DNA of 64,000 bases. Source: Penicillus capitatus. Its lineage: Eukaryota; Plantae; Chlorophyta. The translations under genes and the position numbers were made by a program. Location: positions 1-64,000 of the forward strand of contig OZ287698.1 in NCBI GenBank assembly GCA_965649825.1, written 5' to 3'. This document shows, one piece after another, positions 47,389-61,556 of the stretch; the first letter of the stretch is position 1, and the number at the start of each line of letters is the position of its first letter. The notes under the pieces are model-generated. The model worked only from the letters and a program-made list of their open reading frames with translations, ran no database searches and was not told where the DNA came from.

Positions 47389-50300
47389 CTAGTTGTATGG
47401 AACGACTGTGAAATATCCAAGGATTGTCGTAATGAATCGCTTTCTATACGAGTCCGGAGAAATGATCGTCGGTTCCTCGTTTCCGTCTCCCATTATTCCT
47501 GAAGACTTGACCCATGATTCTAGCCTCTTATCCCACGTATACTGTCTAATGTAATCGATAATGCCGACTACTAGACAGTTTGATTCAGAATCCACTCCCA
47601 CTAGCAATGAGTAATCCATGATCGAATTACTCACCAAGAAATCAGTATCACGACGAAGTGTCTCAGCTACAGACAAACTTTAAGGCGCATCGATGCAGGA
47701 GAGACAGGCCTTACCCAATTGATTGAAGGAGTCTTGGTCTATCAACAAGGGAGGTGCTAACAGGTTGTGCTTCCGTAGGTTCGTATCTAGGAAGACTCCT
47801 CGACGATCTCCATCCTTCTCTGCATCTTTGTTGTACCGACATCGGTGACTTCCCTTGAGATCATAGATGCTTGAACACTCTCTATCATAGAAAACATTCT
47901 CCAGAACAATGAGATCCATGACCCAATCGCGACCGAGGTCTTCCGAATCGGATCCAGTGTCCATCTTTTCTGTTCGTGTTGTTTTCGAAGAGAACGATTT
48001 CATCGAAACTTGAAACAGTCCCAGCACTTTGGCGAGAGCGACATTTTGTTTACGGAAGTGTTGTCCTTCCATGTAGCTGAAGTAACAAGAGCCAAATTTA
48101 TCCAAAAAGAATGCTTTTTCTGCTTTTGATAAACTCTTAATAATGTACCGATCATCAAGTGTCTTTGCAAAATACGCATTAGACTTGCCTCCACTAGCCT
48201 TCCATCTGCAGACAACAGACATCTATCTGTATAGCAGATGAAGATGTGACAGGCGATTGAGAGAACCTTCGACATCTGGACATGCTCATGACGAATGATC
48301 GCTCTCCGCCATTGATGCAGCGTGCTCGCATCTTGGTGAACTGGGGAGCAAAGTAGGAGATGACCTCAAACTTTGCATGTGATGAGATCATTCCCGGCGG
48401 ACTGTCTTCGAATCTCTGTACGATGTGCATTTGATTATTCATGGATTTAGAACGACTTCCTCTAACGTCCGTGAAGCTGGATAGTCTGCTGCTTCCGGAT
48501 TCGGAAGCCGTGTAATCAAGATCACCTGATGACTGCATCACCACCACCACAAACATTCCCTCAGATACGAAGATCATCACGTGCTGCACTTGGGGCTTAC
48601 ATCTGCTGTGCGTGATCTGATATGTGCAGGATGACTCGCCAGGCTATCGAATGACTGTTGGAGATCTTTGTGGTAAGAGATCGATGATAATACATAGGCA
48701 ATGATGGAAGCTGGTTCGGCTTCAAAAACCGGAATAACCAAGTCTTCGTTCCCTTCACAGCATAGATGATGATGACGATGAGCAGACCCACATTCGACGT
48801 GTTACCCAAAGGTATCAACGCTCTACAACTCAGCCGGATCTCTGTTCCAGGCAAGGGAGTTTTGGAAGCAGGGGTTAGTGGACGTAGGTGTGGTGATCGC
48901 ATGGAAAGTGAATGAATGTTCGATTGTGTTGTTGTCAGAGCGTCGTCGCCTTCACCGCTTTCACTGGTCATGACGAATTCTTCGTCATCCAAGACAAAAT
49001 TCAGACGGCGCTCTAACTGATTCAAAAGCCTATTCTCACGAGGAGATGCGGGAAGAGAAACAGATCTCTGTCTGAAGGCAAAAAATTCCTCCGCATTCTC
49101 TTCCATGAACTGCCTGGCTTCACGGTCCATTAGATGCATGAGATTTCCGGCACTTGAATTCTGCTTCAGTTTCACATGTGCTTCCCCATCACTCAAGATC
49201 GGCGTTATGCTCGGAGATCTGGTTAAGTCGACGGATTCGGATGAAGGAGGCAGAGCTTCAATTTTCAAATCAGGTTCGTTGGTTCGGGGAGTATTATTGT
49301 CTTTGCCCCATTCAATGTCATCGTCAGGGTCAATGAATGGAGAGGGTGGAAATGGCTGATCGACAAAGGCCATGAAGGGTGTCTCCATCTGAGACATCTC
49401 ATCACCCAGATCTTCTTGAGGGACTGCTTCCGCCAACTCTGCATTCCACTGTTCTGCTGGTAACCTCTGACTTCCATTTCCACCCCCATTCTTTGCAAGT
49501 CTTTGTTTTAGTCGTGTTCTTTGCTGGTGAAGTGTCTGTGCCTGTATTCCGTCACTGAATCTCTGGCTGATTTGTTTCTTTGATCTCGTGCTCAGCAAAA
49601 AATCACCTCCGCTGCTGATTTCAACAAGAGAATCTGAAATCCGTGTGCCGATGGAAAGTTTGATATCTTCGAATGGATGATCGATACTCTGATTAGCAGC
49701 AGCTCGAGGGTCATTCATCATTGCAGACCACGATAGCACGTTTATACTTAGTTGTCTCCACATTTGATTCAGTTGCAGATACTTCTCCAGGACTTGATCA
49801 ATGGTCGTCCGCTCTGCGTTGACTCCATCTGTAAACCCCTTGACTTCTTCAGTGATCTTCTCTTTTTCTTCAATGAGATCCGGCAAGAGACAGGATCTGA
49901 CATAGAGTTCGTGAGCCGCCTCCCAAGGGGTCTTATTTGCAGAATTCTCTGAGGACGGGCTTTGGGAAGGGATGCAAGACCGTTGAATCGCATCGTAGAC
50001 GAAATTGACTTCCTAAATGCACAACAAACACACAATGATGATGTGAGTACTTTCATATAATGATACCAATACCTGTATCAATTGGTCAGCTGAAGTTATA
50101 AGCCAGTTCACTTGAGTGGCCACACTGTAGTTGATGATAGGAGATGGGGTGAGAATGGGCTTTAGACGGATTCGATCTCCATAAACACATGCAACAGTTC
50201 GTCCATAGCCAAAGTAAATCACATGCTCTAAGAACAATAGCCGCCCGAAAATCTAAAAACAGATATCTGACGATGAAGATGAAGACCTGTTTACTTTTAG

Positions 50301-53271
50301 GTCAGGCGTATTGCACATGAGCTGCAAAAACTGTCCCAGAGAAAGGCACTTTGCATCTTCAGACAGCAGCATTTGGCAAACTGTGGACATTGGTTCTGCT
50401 GCCACTCCTGTGCCACACACCCATCGTTCTGTCACATCTGTTCAGCGAATTTGTCCTGGTGACCTTTGGGGCGTGCCCAGAACCACACATCTGTCGTTGG
50501 GTTTGGGTAAGATCGTTCAATTGGAAGAGAAACGACGGATATAGTCAATCGAACCGCTCCATGTAGAAAAGTTCGATGATGAGAAGAGTTTCCTCCGCCA
50601 CACCCCTACATGGACAACAAACAATCATTCTTGGAAGGAATGGAAAAGGCATCATTTGCCACACCGCTGGACATCTTCTCGGAGCGTCTGCTGCGATGGA
50701 CAGTAAGAATTCCATCAAGGATAAATCATCGTCACTCAATGAGTCAATGGAGCGAACATGACATGGTTCGCACAACAATCCAAGTCGGTGATTCCTGAGG
50801 ATTCCAGTACCAACTCTGTTCATGTATTCATACAGAGATCACCTGTTTGCGAAAGAAGCAGAAAAACGCAAGTTTTCCATTACTCGCATCTTCTTTCTAG
50901 CTTGTTCTGGAGGTGAATAGTCTTCGTTCAATTGCTCGTCACGCTCTATAGACAACAACTCCGTGATAATCACTCTCTACAAACATACCATAAAACCTTC
51001 GAAAAGTAACCGGTTTCCCCTCAGCAACTCCACGTCAGACCAATCTGACCATGCACTTGGATAAGGACCCTGTACACGTCACCAGTGCAGAACATGTTGT
51101 TTCTCCTGCTGGCAAAACATCTGTGTACGATTTACCTGTCCCTGTCCAGTCGACAGTGAGATGCTGCCCCATGAACTTCGATTCATCATGAGCTCTGCCG
51201 CTTCTTCCAGAAAGTTCGACTTTGTCACCTTTTCTCCACTGTTTCCACTGATATGTTCCATTCCCAATGGCAACGCCATCCGACGCTGTACATCCATGCC
51301 ATACGAGTACCCTTTGCCGAGACCATCTGACAATTTTTCCGATTCAGCATAGTGCTCGTTGCCACGACCAGCAGTCTATCGCACATCTTCTCCATAGAGC
51401 CAATGGAGTTGATTGTTTGTTTACTTCATCCTTCCGCAACTCGTGACCTCGATGAGCAAAGTCGTCTATCTGAACTGCGGTTGTCTTTTCACCACCGGTC
51501 TCTTCGCCAGTTTGGCTGTCTGATTCAGAATCGTTTAACGAATTCGACGCGGACATAGAGGAAGATGTACTCAAAGCAGAAATGGACAGTTCGTCGCCAT
51601 CTGACTGAACCTCCAGTTTAGTACACGAGACGTCACATGGTGCATGGGCTGGCTTTCTGTACTCTGATATTTGCTCGAATGCTGCGTGAGAACGGGACGT
51701 TGTCCAGCTAGTCACATGCGGAGAAACAGCATCTACACAGTCACCAATCTGCCGCTTGAGATTGGTCCTGTAGGCAGAGAGCTGCACAGTATCCTTGCAG
51801 ACTTGTTTCAGACATTCCACATTGCCAGTTTCCGGCAATCCTTCGACTCCAAAAGATACAGTAGCGGTAGTTGCATTTGAAAGTGCGTCTGTAAGGAACG
51901 CATTTTCAAAGTGCAAGCGATACGCCGCAAACACTGCAAAGGACAGCACCTTCTGGACCAGTAACAACTTAGTCTCGGTGCTTCCTCTTAGTACGACAGC
52001 ACTGGCTGCCTTTTCAGAGTTTGCCTGAGCAGAGGGATGGCGTTCGAAGACGAATGACAGGGAAGAGCAAACAAACCTCAAAAACCATGAGTGGAGATGG
52101 TCGTCTTCCGTTGGAACAGCGTTGGGATTTTGGAGACTTGACTCGAAGGATATAAAATTTTGAACATGTTCCAAGACAGGACTCATCAACATCAAGAATA
52201 TTTTCGACTATCTAGAAGAATAGCACACAAGATAGAGAGGAGCAATGAAACCATGAAACGAGCAGTATACCACTCACCTTTGTGCCGGTGTTGATGGCAA
52301 GATTTGACATGTCTGCCATTGGAATATTGTAAACAAGTGTGACGTTTGACTTTTGAAGTCGCTCCACAGCATTGAGTGATGCACCACGTTCCAGCACACA
52401 AACATCTGGAGCAACAGCCAGAATCTTGTCTACTGCCGCATCGACATATTCCGGTTCCTGCAGTCACATCAAACTTGTAGAGAACAGAGATGCCGAAGAA
52501 GAATTCGACCTTGCTGATGACTGTGTGTAGCTGAGTCAGTTTATTGCACTCTAATTCTAATGCTCCAGAAAGAAGTAAAATCTTTGGGAGGTCAATCTGT
52601 GTCCTCATGCGGCGATGAGCAATGTTCCTCCGCAACACAACACCAGGAATGACACAGCTATCGTTTGGAGTGCCATCCTCTGGCAACAACTCAATCTACG
52701 GCACATCCCCAATCATATGAGGCACGAATCGTCATCTTCTGAGATGGATCACTTTCAAACCGTCTCTAGAAAGGAGAAGTCTTCTCTCATTTGCTCTTTT
52801 TCTGGACATGATACCCGTCAACTGCTCAGAAATTCGAACCACTACCGGAACCCATTCTGTCAGAATATCAAGGTTTCGCTCGGAGAGATAAAAACAGAGA
52901 GAAGACGGGTTCGGCGTTACCTGTCACATCTTCCAAACCGATCCCTTCGAGCAGCTGTGTTGCCAAAGAAGAGAAATGTCTGTTGGATTCTTCAGCCAAG
53001 CATTCCCTACGTGTGACAAGTCATCGTTGAGAACAAGCACAGAGTTGGAAGAGCATCTCACTGAAAGCATTGTGATATCTGTTCGAAAGGCCATTTTTCA
53101 CCAACAAGCGGCTTTTCTGTTATTCGAGGTGGCAAATCCCAAGTTAAAGCGCCATCAGCTCTGAGGGCGCGCGAGTAAATTGGCTGCCTGATACAACGCA
53201 CTCTTATGTTTGTACCGAAACACGAAGGATGATAACCTGAAGGTGAAATCTGCGCCTTTCTTGTCGGACAT
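47389..53271 (-). CDS. FAB1: FAB1/PIKfyve-like phosphatidylinositol-3-phosphate 5-kinase, multi-exon; start approximate
   Basis: Cpn60-like domain GVVLRRNIAHRRM...PKILLL, VVLRGS, CEPCH/MERFD. Kinase motifs WKASGGKS.AYFAKTLDDRYIIK, YDLKGS, IMDYSLLVGVD, GIIDYIRQYTWDKRLE, PTIISP. Confidence 0.93.
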
Positions 53272-54214
53272 CTGTGGTTTCTCACGACGTTTTACGGGGG
53301 ACGGGACTGTTTTCGCAACACAAGTGTCAAGTCAGACTGACAATCGAGAATTCCAAGAAGGCGAGATAACGAACGACGCTGAATGGAATGACGGCACAAA
53401 AGCTGGTCCGATGCGGTCGTATAGAAACGAAAATGTAAATGACGATGAGGGAAGTCGTTATACTTCCCGTTTCAACGCACTATCCGACGCGGATGAACCG
53501 TGTCGGAAAAGCAAGAGTTCGCGCAGCAATTCAAAGCAGAGGCAGAGAACGAACGCAACAACGAGGTAGAAAAAAATCGGTAGACTTCTTCATTTATTTT
53601 CTCGAGAGCCGTCAGCCATTGTATCTTTGCATCTAGAAACTGCAGAGCAGTTTCGCGGACAATTTCAACGGCCGCGGTTTGTCGACCATCCTCCACGCCG
53701 TCTTAAAACGAGACATTATCAAGGCAGGTGTGTATTCTGCGCAGAAACAGCTCAACAACTCTCTTGGTCAGTCGGCATTTTCCAGATTTCGTTAACGGAC
53801 TTCACAGAGCCGAAATTGTTGAATGCTGTCGCGCACGTTATGCCGAACAAAAAGGCGATTTTGCCTCGAGGAGAGTATCTTTTTATTTCTTCCAGTAGAA
53901 AGAAAACAAGTTTTTGATTTGCAGCAATTACAAAGTTGTCGATCAAAGGTAACTATCAGGCAGGGCGGAGGCGCTACTGGCTACGCACTTTTGATCTATT
54001 TGTAATCGCAGACATGCATTAATTTTTTGAACCGATCTTAGACATTTTCCTTTTTCGTGTTGACAAAAAACGGACGGTGTTTCCAGTGAACAACGTTGCG
54101 TGATTTTAAAGCTCTATTGATGCATGTATGTTTATTCTCTGCATCACGCAAGGTTTAGAGTTGAGACTACGAACACATACAGAAGCAGATGTGATGAGAT
54201 TGAAGAAATGACAT

Positions 54215-54380
54215 TCGAGTATCTGTCAGTGAACAGCTGTCCACCTTCGTGCAGCTGACGACGGAGACGCGTTGATGTGACGTTCGACGCGTATATAAGC
54301 CGTATTGTTAACGATTCAACAGTCTTCTGTAAGCTATAAGCCTTCGTCGTCAACCGACAACGCGACAGTATCCCACAGAG
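54215..54380 (+). repeat. Dispersed repeat, copy 2 (paralog of 14300-14495)
   Basis: Core ACAGTCTTCTGTAAGCTATAAGCCTTCGTCGTCAACCGACAACGCGACA at 54319-54367. Confidence 0.85.
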
Positions 54381-55559
54381 GTCTGCCTGCGTTTCGGTTC
54401 GACATGCGATTACCGACGCACCGTTATTAAAACGAGAGGGGTCGACAAGCGATTGTCGACCTGCCAAAAGTGCAGGAGAAGTGGTATGAAATCCGTAGCG
54501 CTTTGACCGCGGCCAGGATCGCCTGCGCAAAACTACAAGGAGAACCGGAGAGTCTCGGAATTGCTTTCCTCGCAGCGATGGACACACAAAAAATCAAGTC
54601 CGAATGATCAGAAAGCCTTGAGCACTGACATCATCGATGAGCTTATGCTTCTGGCGAAGCGAGTAGAAGTCGCTTGTGATGTCCGTATCGCCGTTCGATG
54701 GGTTTGATTAATCTTCGTCAATGGATGCTTCGGACGGTCTTGAAGTTACCAAGTCCTCAGGGGTGAAAGCAACGAAGTCAACACTTCTGTCCTCCGAATT
54801 TCGTCTTGTATCATATAATGCAACGTTGTTGACAACCTGCTCCGCACCCCGCTTGAGGAGCTCGGCTTGTTCTCCTTGGCGAAGCTGGTCGAGGCGTTCC
54901 TGGAAGGTCGGATACAACGGTGGATGTGGGAAAAGCTCTCATGGGATGTCTCACTTGGCGTCGTTGTCGGCAGGGGTGATGTTGGATATGTCACGCCAAT
55001 CCGTTGTTCGTAAACGTCGGAAGCGGTTCGATGTCATCATAACCACCTTGGCGCGCTGACCATCAGCTGCGACGGGTGCTAGCCTCCGAGCCAACTTCCT
55101 CATAACGATAGGGCGATGGTTGCCGAACATGCCCTGAAGTTCTCGACTGTTAGATAGTATGGTTAGGAAACTCATAACCACCGTGGGTACTTAAAGTTGA
55201 CATTCCTGTTGTAAATAATCTCGAGTCCCTGTGCTATCATCCAAGCGTTCACTCGCGTCGTCGTTCGTGCGTCCATTCGATTCTGTGTTTTCGAAGTCGT
55301 TACATCGATCCCAAAAGGTGACAAAAGTGATTCGAAATAAACGACGTTAAACAGTAGTAAGGCACAAAAGCACAGTGAGTCCTGCCTAGGCCTCTTATTT
55401 CGTCCAATTGATGCGACATGCTAGGCAGATGAGTCATTGCGTATTCAGACCTAGAGGAAAGCGTCCTCTGGCGCTCAAGAGGTCCTTCTGAGAAGACAAC
55501 CAGTGCCCCTTTCACCGCCGACCCCTCCCCAACAAGACAGTCCCATCGACAATGAAATC

Positions 55560-55690
55560 TTGGCAACACCCACCTTTCAAAAATACTTTGTCGGAAGACT
55601 TATCGCTGAAGGCTCAGTGAAGAAAGTATCTGACGAAAAAAGACGAGTACTAGAGTTCATTGTAAAGAGACAATGCAATCAAAAGAACGC
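55560..55690 (+). repeat. Diverged paralog of 23480-23610
   Basis: CCTTTCAAAAATACTTTGTCGGAAGACTTATCGCTGAAGGCTCAGTGAAG aligns with CCTTCAAGAATACTTTTTCGGAAGAATTATTGCCGAAGGCTTAGTGAAA; peptides FQKYFVGRLIAEGSVK and LQEYFFGRIIAEGLVK. Confidence 0.75.
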
Positions 55691-56272
55691 CTTGACACTT
55701 TCCTTCGCAATGCACGCTCTAACACAAAAACGAAGCAAATCTGCCATACAAGAGACGCTTTCGATTGTCGACGAAAACCCCGTCAAGGTTCTTGGGATAC
55801 AACACTTTTTCTCGAGAATGCGAGTCCTCGAGGCAATCCTAGAATGTCACGCTCTCGCGTGGAAGTCACATCGCTGCCCCGTTTCTCCGGGATTCTGTCT
55901 TTGAAGAATCACTCAACGTCTTGTCAGGGACACTTTCCTATGGCTCCGAGTATTGGATGACTTAACTGACCTATGAAGTTTTGCCACATTCTGCATACAA
56001 ATGGCCGCATCAGAACATTAGACAACCTTGCTCTGTAAAACGAAGATGTCTTCCGCTGTAGTATCTCAAGCGCGGCGCCTCCCGCGTGACATAGAAGAGA
56101 TCGCACACGTTGTCGACAATACCATTGCGAAGTTGTCGTCTAGAGAGCGCATCCAGAAAACAAAACAAAAGTTGCACGTGATTCCAACAGGCTGTTCCTT
56201 CCACCTCCTCGACGACGGACGACGGTGCGATTAAGAGCAATGTCTCTCGGAAAACCAGTGGTTCTCGTTGGA

Positions 56273-58236
56273 TTAAATAGAGCTTCCGAGCAAACCGTGC
56301 GTTAGGCTGCCCCGAGTCCCCTTTACCAAAGCGCGTGAGGTCGCCGGACCGTCTTCGTCGTACCGCCTTCCCCGATCGCCCTTCTTCCGAGGGGGCTTTC
56401 TGTGGAACTTGTGTGCTGCACGCCGCGGTTTCCTGCCGATCTCTGTTTCCACCTCGATGCATTCCGATAGCATCTGGCGCTCGGAGCCGATCATCCTGTC
56501 TTCCCTTCCAGGGGAGACGCCGTCCTGTTTTTGATCAACAGATGAGACGACTTCTCTCACACGAAGGACACTCCACCTGTCTATTGAGATCCGCCCCGAC
56601 TTCTTCTTCCGACTGGTGCAGAGGTGCATGGCCAGGTGGCGATTCACAATGCACCAGTAGTCCATTAGTGTAGTCCTTGATGATCTGTCGACCGGATCGT
56701 GTTTGGTCTGGAAGCCCCGCTGCCTGTGTCCATCCTCTCGCTTGTGCGAGCACGGCGACCGCTTGTGCTGCGGCGGTGGCTTCGTCTGAGCTTCCGATTC
56801 TGTCGATGTCCGATGACGGTAATCCGTACGCTTGACGGAACTGTAGCATTCCGATCCTCGATATAATGACTCGCACTGGAGAAACCACGTCGACCAGCCG
56901 GTCGATGGGAATGACACCAGCTACCACCATGGACGCCTTTGACTTGGCAAGAGCTGGCAGAACGAGACCTGCACGGCTGCATTGCAGTCACAGGCTCCAA
57001 AGAACTGATTGCCCATCAGACCTGGGCAATCGCACAGGCAGAGCGTGTCACGGACGTTCAGAGTCTGGAAGTGTTTTGTCCGTCCCGGTGTGGAAGCGAC
57101 AGGCGTTTTCTTTCTTCCGAAGAGCGCATTGATGGTCGAGCTCTTGCCGACGTTCGGGTACCCCACGAACCCAACCATGGTGCGGTTCTGTTGTTGTCCT
57201 CGATCCATCTCCGATGGGATTTTTGCCTGCACGTTCGCAAAATCTGCTTGGCGGTTCAGAAACAACGTGCACACCTTGGATGGAGGACGCAACGATTCAA
57301 GCAGATCCAGCAATTCTGTAGCTCCGAGAACGCGCATCCGCGAATCCTCTTCCGGCTTGTCAAACTCGGCAGATTCATCGGTCGAATGCTTTGCCGACCA
57401 GAAGGCGTATCCCAATCCCTTGGACTCAAAGTAGCTGGCCCACTGTCTCCTCACTTCTCCGGGCACGAGGTCAGCTTTGTTCAACAGAATGAGTGTTCGG
57501 GTCTCCGAATCAAGTTCCCTCGCATACGACGCCAGATCCTCTGAGTAATAGAACAAAGGATCGCGCGCATCCACGATCTGTCCGCCGAGAACACATCGTC
57601 CAATATGCGCCAGGAGATTCGGTACCCTACCTGAACGAGAATGTTGCTGAATTCGAGCACCCTCCACAGCTGCCGCCAGACTTCCAGATTCCGCTCGTAA
57701 GGTATTAGCGACACCGATGGTTCGCTTTCGTGCAGCTGCGCCAAGGCACGTCTCCAGTTTAGAAACGATGCCTTCTCTTGGCGATCGATCTCCTCCGGGG
57801 TCTGATCCGGACGCCAACTTGGACGCCTCGGTGCTCTGATCATGTGTCCGTACTTCTGCTGTACATCAGAAAGCTGCTCTGCAGTGGATTCCTGCTCGAG
57901 TGCTGTTGCGTGAGTGTCCAGAACGAGGAGCTTCTGCTTTTCCGCAGCGAAATCCCTCCCCGCCAATTCAGCCTAAGGCGAGGTGTGGTGTTGGACCTTT
58001 GAACCATCAGGGCGCGTACCATCGTCATCATGTCGTCGACGCTGTTCATTTCTAACACGCTCTGCTCACGGTAGGGGCTTTCGTCTTGTACCTTCGTCCG
58101 TCTCTGCGCCAACCGCAGCGACAACTTCGAGAGAGCGTCGCGAAAGACGCGGGACACCTACGTGTTTTGACGCATTCTCAAGCGTCTTTCCAACGGGTAA
58201 CCCCGTTTTCCGAGCTTTTCCGTTATGCTTTCCCAT
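56273..58236 (-). CDS. LSG1: Large ribosomal subunit export GTPase (circularly permuted), multi-exon
   Basis: EKASFLNWRRALAQL, YERNLEVWRQLWRVLE, QIVDARDPLFY, LLNKADL, VGFVGYPNVGKSSTIN, STPGRTKHFQT, LCDCPGL, GRQIIKDYTNG. Confidence 0.95.
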
Positions 58237-58264
58237 TCGAAACGTTCTTCTTAATGAGCGAATC

Positions 58265-58355
58265 GTAATGTTCTTCTTTTGATTTCCCCTGTCCTTTGGT
58301 AATGTCCAATACAGTCCGGTGTAGCGGAGGCAGTAGAACATCAGAGGAATCGCGA
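58265..58355 (-). pseudogene. Relic 3' tip of the MFS transporter gene upstream of LSG1
   Basis: Matches 23886-23977 (YTGLYWT.PKDR) with a 1-nt deletion and a mutated stop. Similarity ends near 58355. Confidence 0.8.
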
Positions 58356-59442
58356 CGAATGGACACCACGCATCTCTATCTGATTCACTTTCCTCGAAAG
58401 TGAGAGATATCTACTTGTCTGCGATGTGCTTTACCCCGCGGATCAATCCAGACATGAGTAACTCATCCATACTCTTCTACAACAAGACTGTCGACTCAGT
58501 CACTGGCAGAATATCCTTATGTCCCAGCAACAGAGCAGGCATGTCATGACGCGCGTATGATACACGATGGATAACTAATGCACATTGTTTGTGTTTGGGG
58601 CAACGATGCCAAGGAAGAGAATCCTTCCTCTTGATAGATCAGAAACACCTCGATGAATCTGATGACATGTGCTCGTTGATGAGATAGATCTCAATAGTAA
58701 TCATTGCCGAGAGCTTCCATCCATCTCTTACATCGTCTAGCGGTAATCTCCTACTTCATCCACAATAACGCAGACACGGGCAAATCTTCTTCTCTTAGAA
58801 AACGGAGAGTATAGAAATGCAACTGGAAGTCCCCTGACGTATAACGCTCAAAAGGTCAAGCAGCGAACTCTACCAGGGAGAGGCCCGTCGGCATCCCTGT
58901 CAGACCGCGTGCCAATTTTGGACCGTTGAGAAACCCGCCGTCCGTGCATGTGAGGGATTCTGAGGCCAGTCGACGTTCACTGTGCTCGGCGGTACACGAG
59001 AGCACAACAAAACTCAATACAACGTCAGCATTAGCTTGCACAAACCTACTATTGAGGAGATCGAGCTTCTCCCCTGTACCGACCGTACAATGCCTCAATG
59101 CCGTCGCTCTTGCACGTTCGATCGATAGTTTCGCTGTCACTTCACCTCGCGGTCGCATCCCTGCTTCACGATCGTTCGTTAATGCGCGGCGAGGGACACA
59201 TTTAAAGCTTCTGCAATCCGGTCAACACGAATGTACTGAGAAAATCAGGACGCGACTTGCATCAAAAAAAGGATCGACGAGCTCAAACTGTTCTGCTTGA
59301 TTTCAGTGTTGTTAAGCGAAGTTTATTGCACCGATTCGCGAACACATCATTACTATCGAACGTGAAAACCAAAAAAACATACATACCTTGTGTCCGGGCC
59401 CGCTCGTTGCGAACTCTTTTCTGGTGGTTTTTTTGTGACGCC

Positions 59443-60296
59443 ATGGCGTTTTTCGATAAAGAGGTTGGGACATCACGATGCGGGTTTGACTGGTTCCCGT
59501 CTTCCATGTCAAGCGTGGACTTTCTCGCCATGAATCCTTTTCTCGGTGGGCAGTCAGACTCGTTCCCATTGGTGACGCCTAGGCGACAGAAACTAAACGG
59601 TCGGTCACTTTTGCCTGCTTCGCATGGTGTCAGCTTCCTGGATGCTGTTGCTCTTAACAATTCGACAGAGCACGCAGTGCTGTCCAAAACGGCCTCGGAC
59701 ACAGACAGCGGCACCACGACCACCACCACAACCGCTGCTGAACGCTCTGTCCATTCTCATGTCAACAAACAGAAAAGCTTATATAAAGTACTCCTGTATC
59801 AGAAAAACGGTGTACATAAAACATTTTCTCTGTTTGCCTCGTCTTGCAGACCGAGCTTTGTCGTTCGTGGGAGGAAAAGGGACGGTGTCCGTACGGAAAC
59901 AAATGTCAGGTATAGACACCGAGTCTTGGTTTCATACATCACTCACGATGCTGTCTTGTTTCAATAACAGTACGCTCACGGTTCAGAAGAACTCAGACCT
60001 GTTGCACGGCATCCTAAATTCAAAACAGAGGTCTTGTCCATGGATGGTCGGAGGTCAAAGATTTGAGTGGGGTTGTGGTGTGCATGCAGGTTTGTTGTAC
60101 CTTTGTCACGACAGGGACATGTCCCTACGGACGAAGATGTAGATTTATTCATAAGAATGTCCCAATTACAGCTGTCGGAAAGCAGGTTTGCGATTCCTCA
60201 AAGAAAAATGAATCATACATCTCAAGTGCAAACTCCATTACTGCATCGTCGCGTCGTTTGCCCATTTTTGTCAAGTTAGCACGTGGAGAGGAATAG
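59443..60296 (+). CDS. Tristetraprolin/ZFP36-family tandem CCCH zinc-finger protein
   Basis: After splicing: [64 protein letters not shown], ending RRLPIFVKLARGEE. Confidence 0.93.
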
Positions 60297-61556
60297 ATAA
60301 AAGTGCTTTCAGTTTCTTGCTCTATTGTTATTACGTCGCCTTTCTCTACTAGGCAACTGACAAGTTCGATCTTGTTCTCTATTCGCTGAGATTTCCTTTT
60401 TGGTATTATTTTCTTCCTCGTGATCCGCCTGACTCGCATTGTCTGTCACTCGAGATGGCAACGGACTTCATCAAACGAAAGATCATTGTTGTTTGGTCGA
60501 CTATAACTCACACAACTTGGTTGTTCACATCACGCACGCTCATCACTCACATAAATGATAACAGATTCCGTCATTCTCGGGGCGTCTTACCACAAAGCTT
60601 TCCATTGTGACCAAATGGAAGATGACGCAAGATTTTCCTTTCTCTATCTAATAAGAACCCCTCTGGGGCGATGGACTCTCCTACTCAATGCTAGATGAGG
60701 AAAGTCTTCTCAAACCATGTCCGTTATATTTAATAGTGGGGTTTTGATTTCTTACTTTTTTTTAGTTTGAGTCGATTTTCAGTTGAACGCGTTTTCTTGT
60801 GACTATCGTCACTGACAAAAGTAGACAGCAAGGAGTACTGTCGTTGTCATTATCCACCTCTTGACGCATCAGCATCAGCATTATCTCAGCTTTGACTCTC
60901 GAAAGTGCAGCAGCGATGTCTCATCCAAAAAAAAATAAAATGACAGAAACCAAGCATGGCAGCATGCATGCCTGAGTATTGGTGCGCATCGAATCTTGTG
61001 ACTCAAGCGCGAATAGAGAAGCAAGATAAAGGATGGAAGACAGAGAGTATCTCATTCTATGATGACAATGGTAGAATTACTTCAAATTATTATTTCCGAT
61101 TTGGAAAGCTAGTATCGGCACATTCTTCAAATCCTAAGGTTTCTAATAAGAGCCTGTAGGGCTTTGTCTGATGGATCGCGATTCCTGGAATGGGACAGGC
61201 GAGTTGATCTGTGTGTATTATTGTTTGTGTTTTGATTTGGTTACGCAGATTTGCTTTGTCTATATGAAACCGAATTGGACATTCCTTCTGCCTTTTCCTG
61301 TGTAACAGCAATCAAACTAAACACTCTGTAGTTTCAAGTGTCGCCGAAGGACGGCTCTTATATATCGTATCCAGTTAACAACAGTTATCGATCGATAAAA
61401 CATCCTGTAAGACAACAGTTGTCTCGAAAGACCAATTTGGTCCATCTTGGAGTGATGCACAAAAAGGATCATGTTTAGAAAGGAAACGCCACGACGCTTG
61501 CTCGCCGCTTGACTGAATTACCAAAGAATCAATGGAACAGGAAAAGCAACAACAGT

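Noticed and set aside
60300-61500. Small ORFs and AT-rich stretches between the CCCH and GST genes
   Set aside because: Short and motif-free; consistent with UTR or intergenic sequence.
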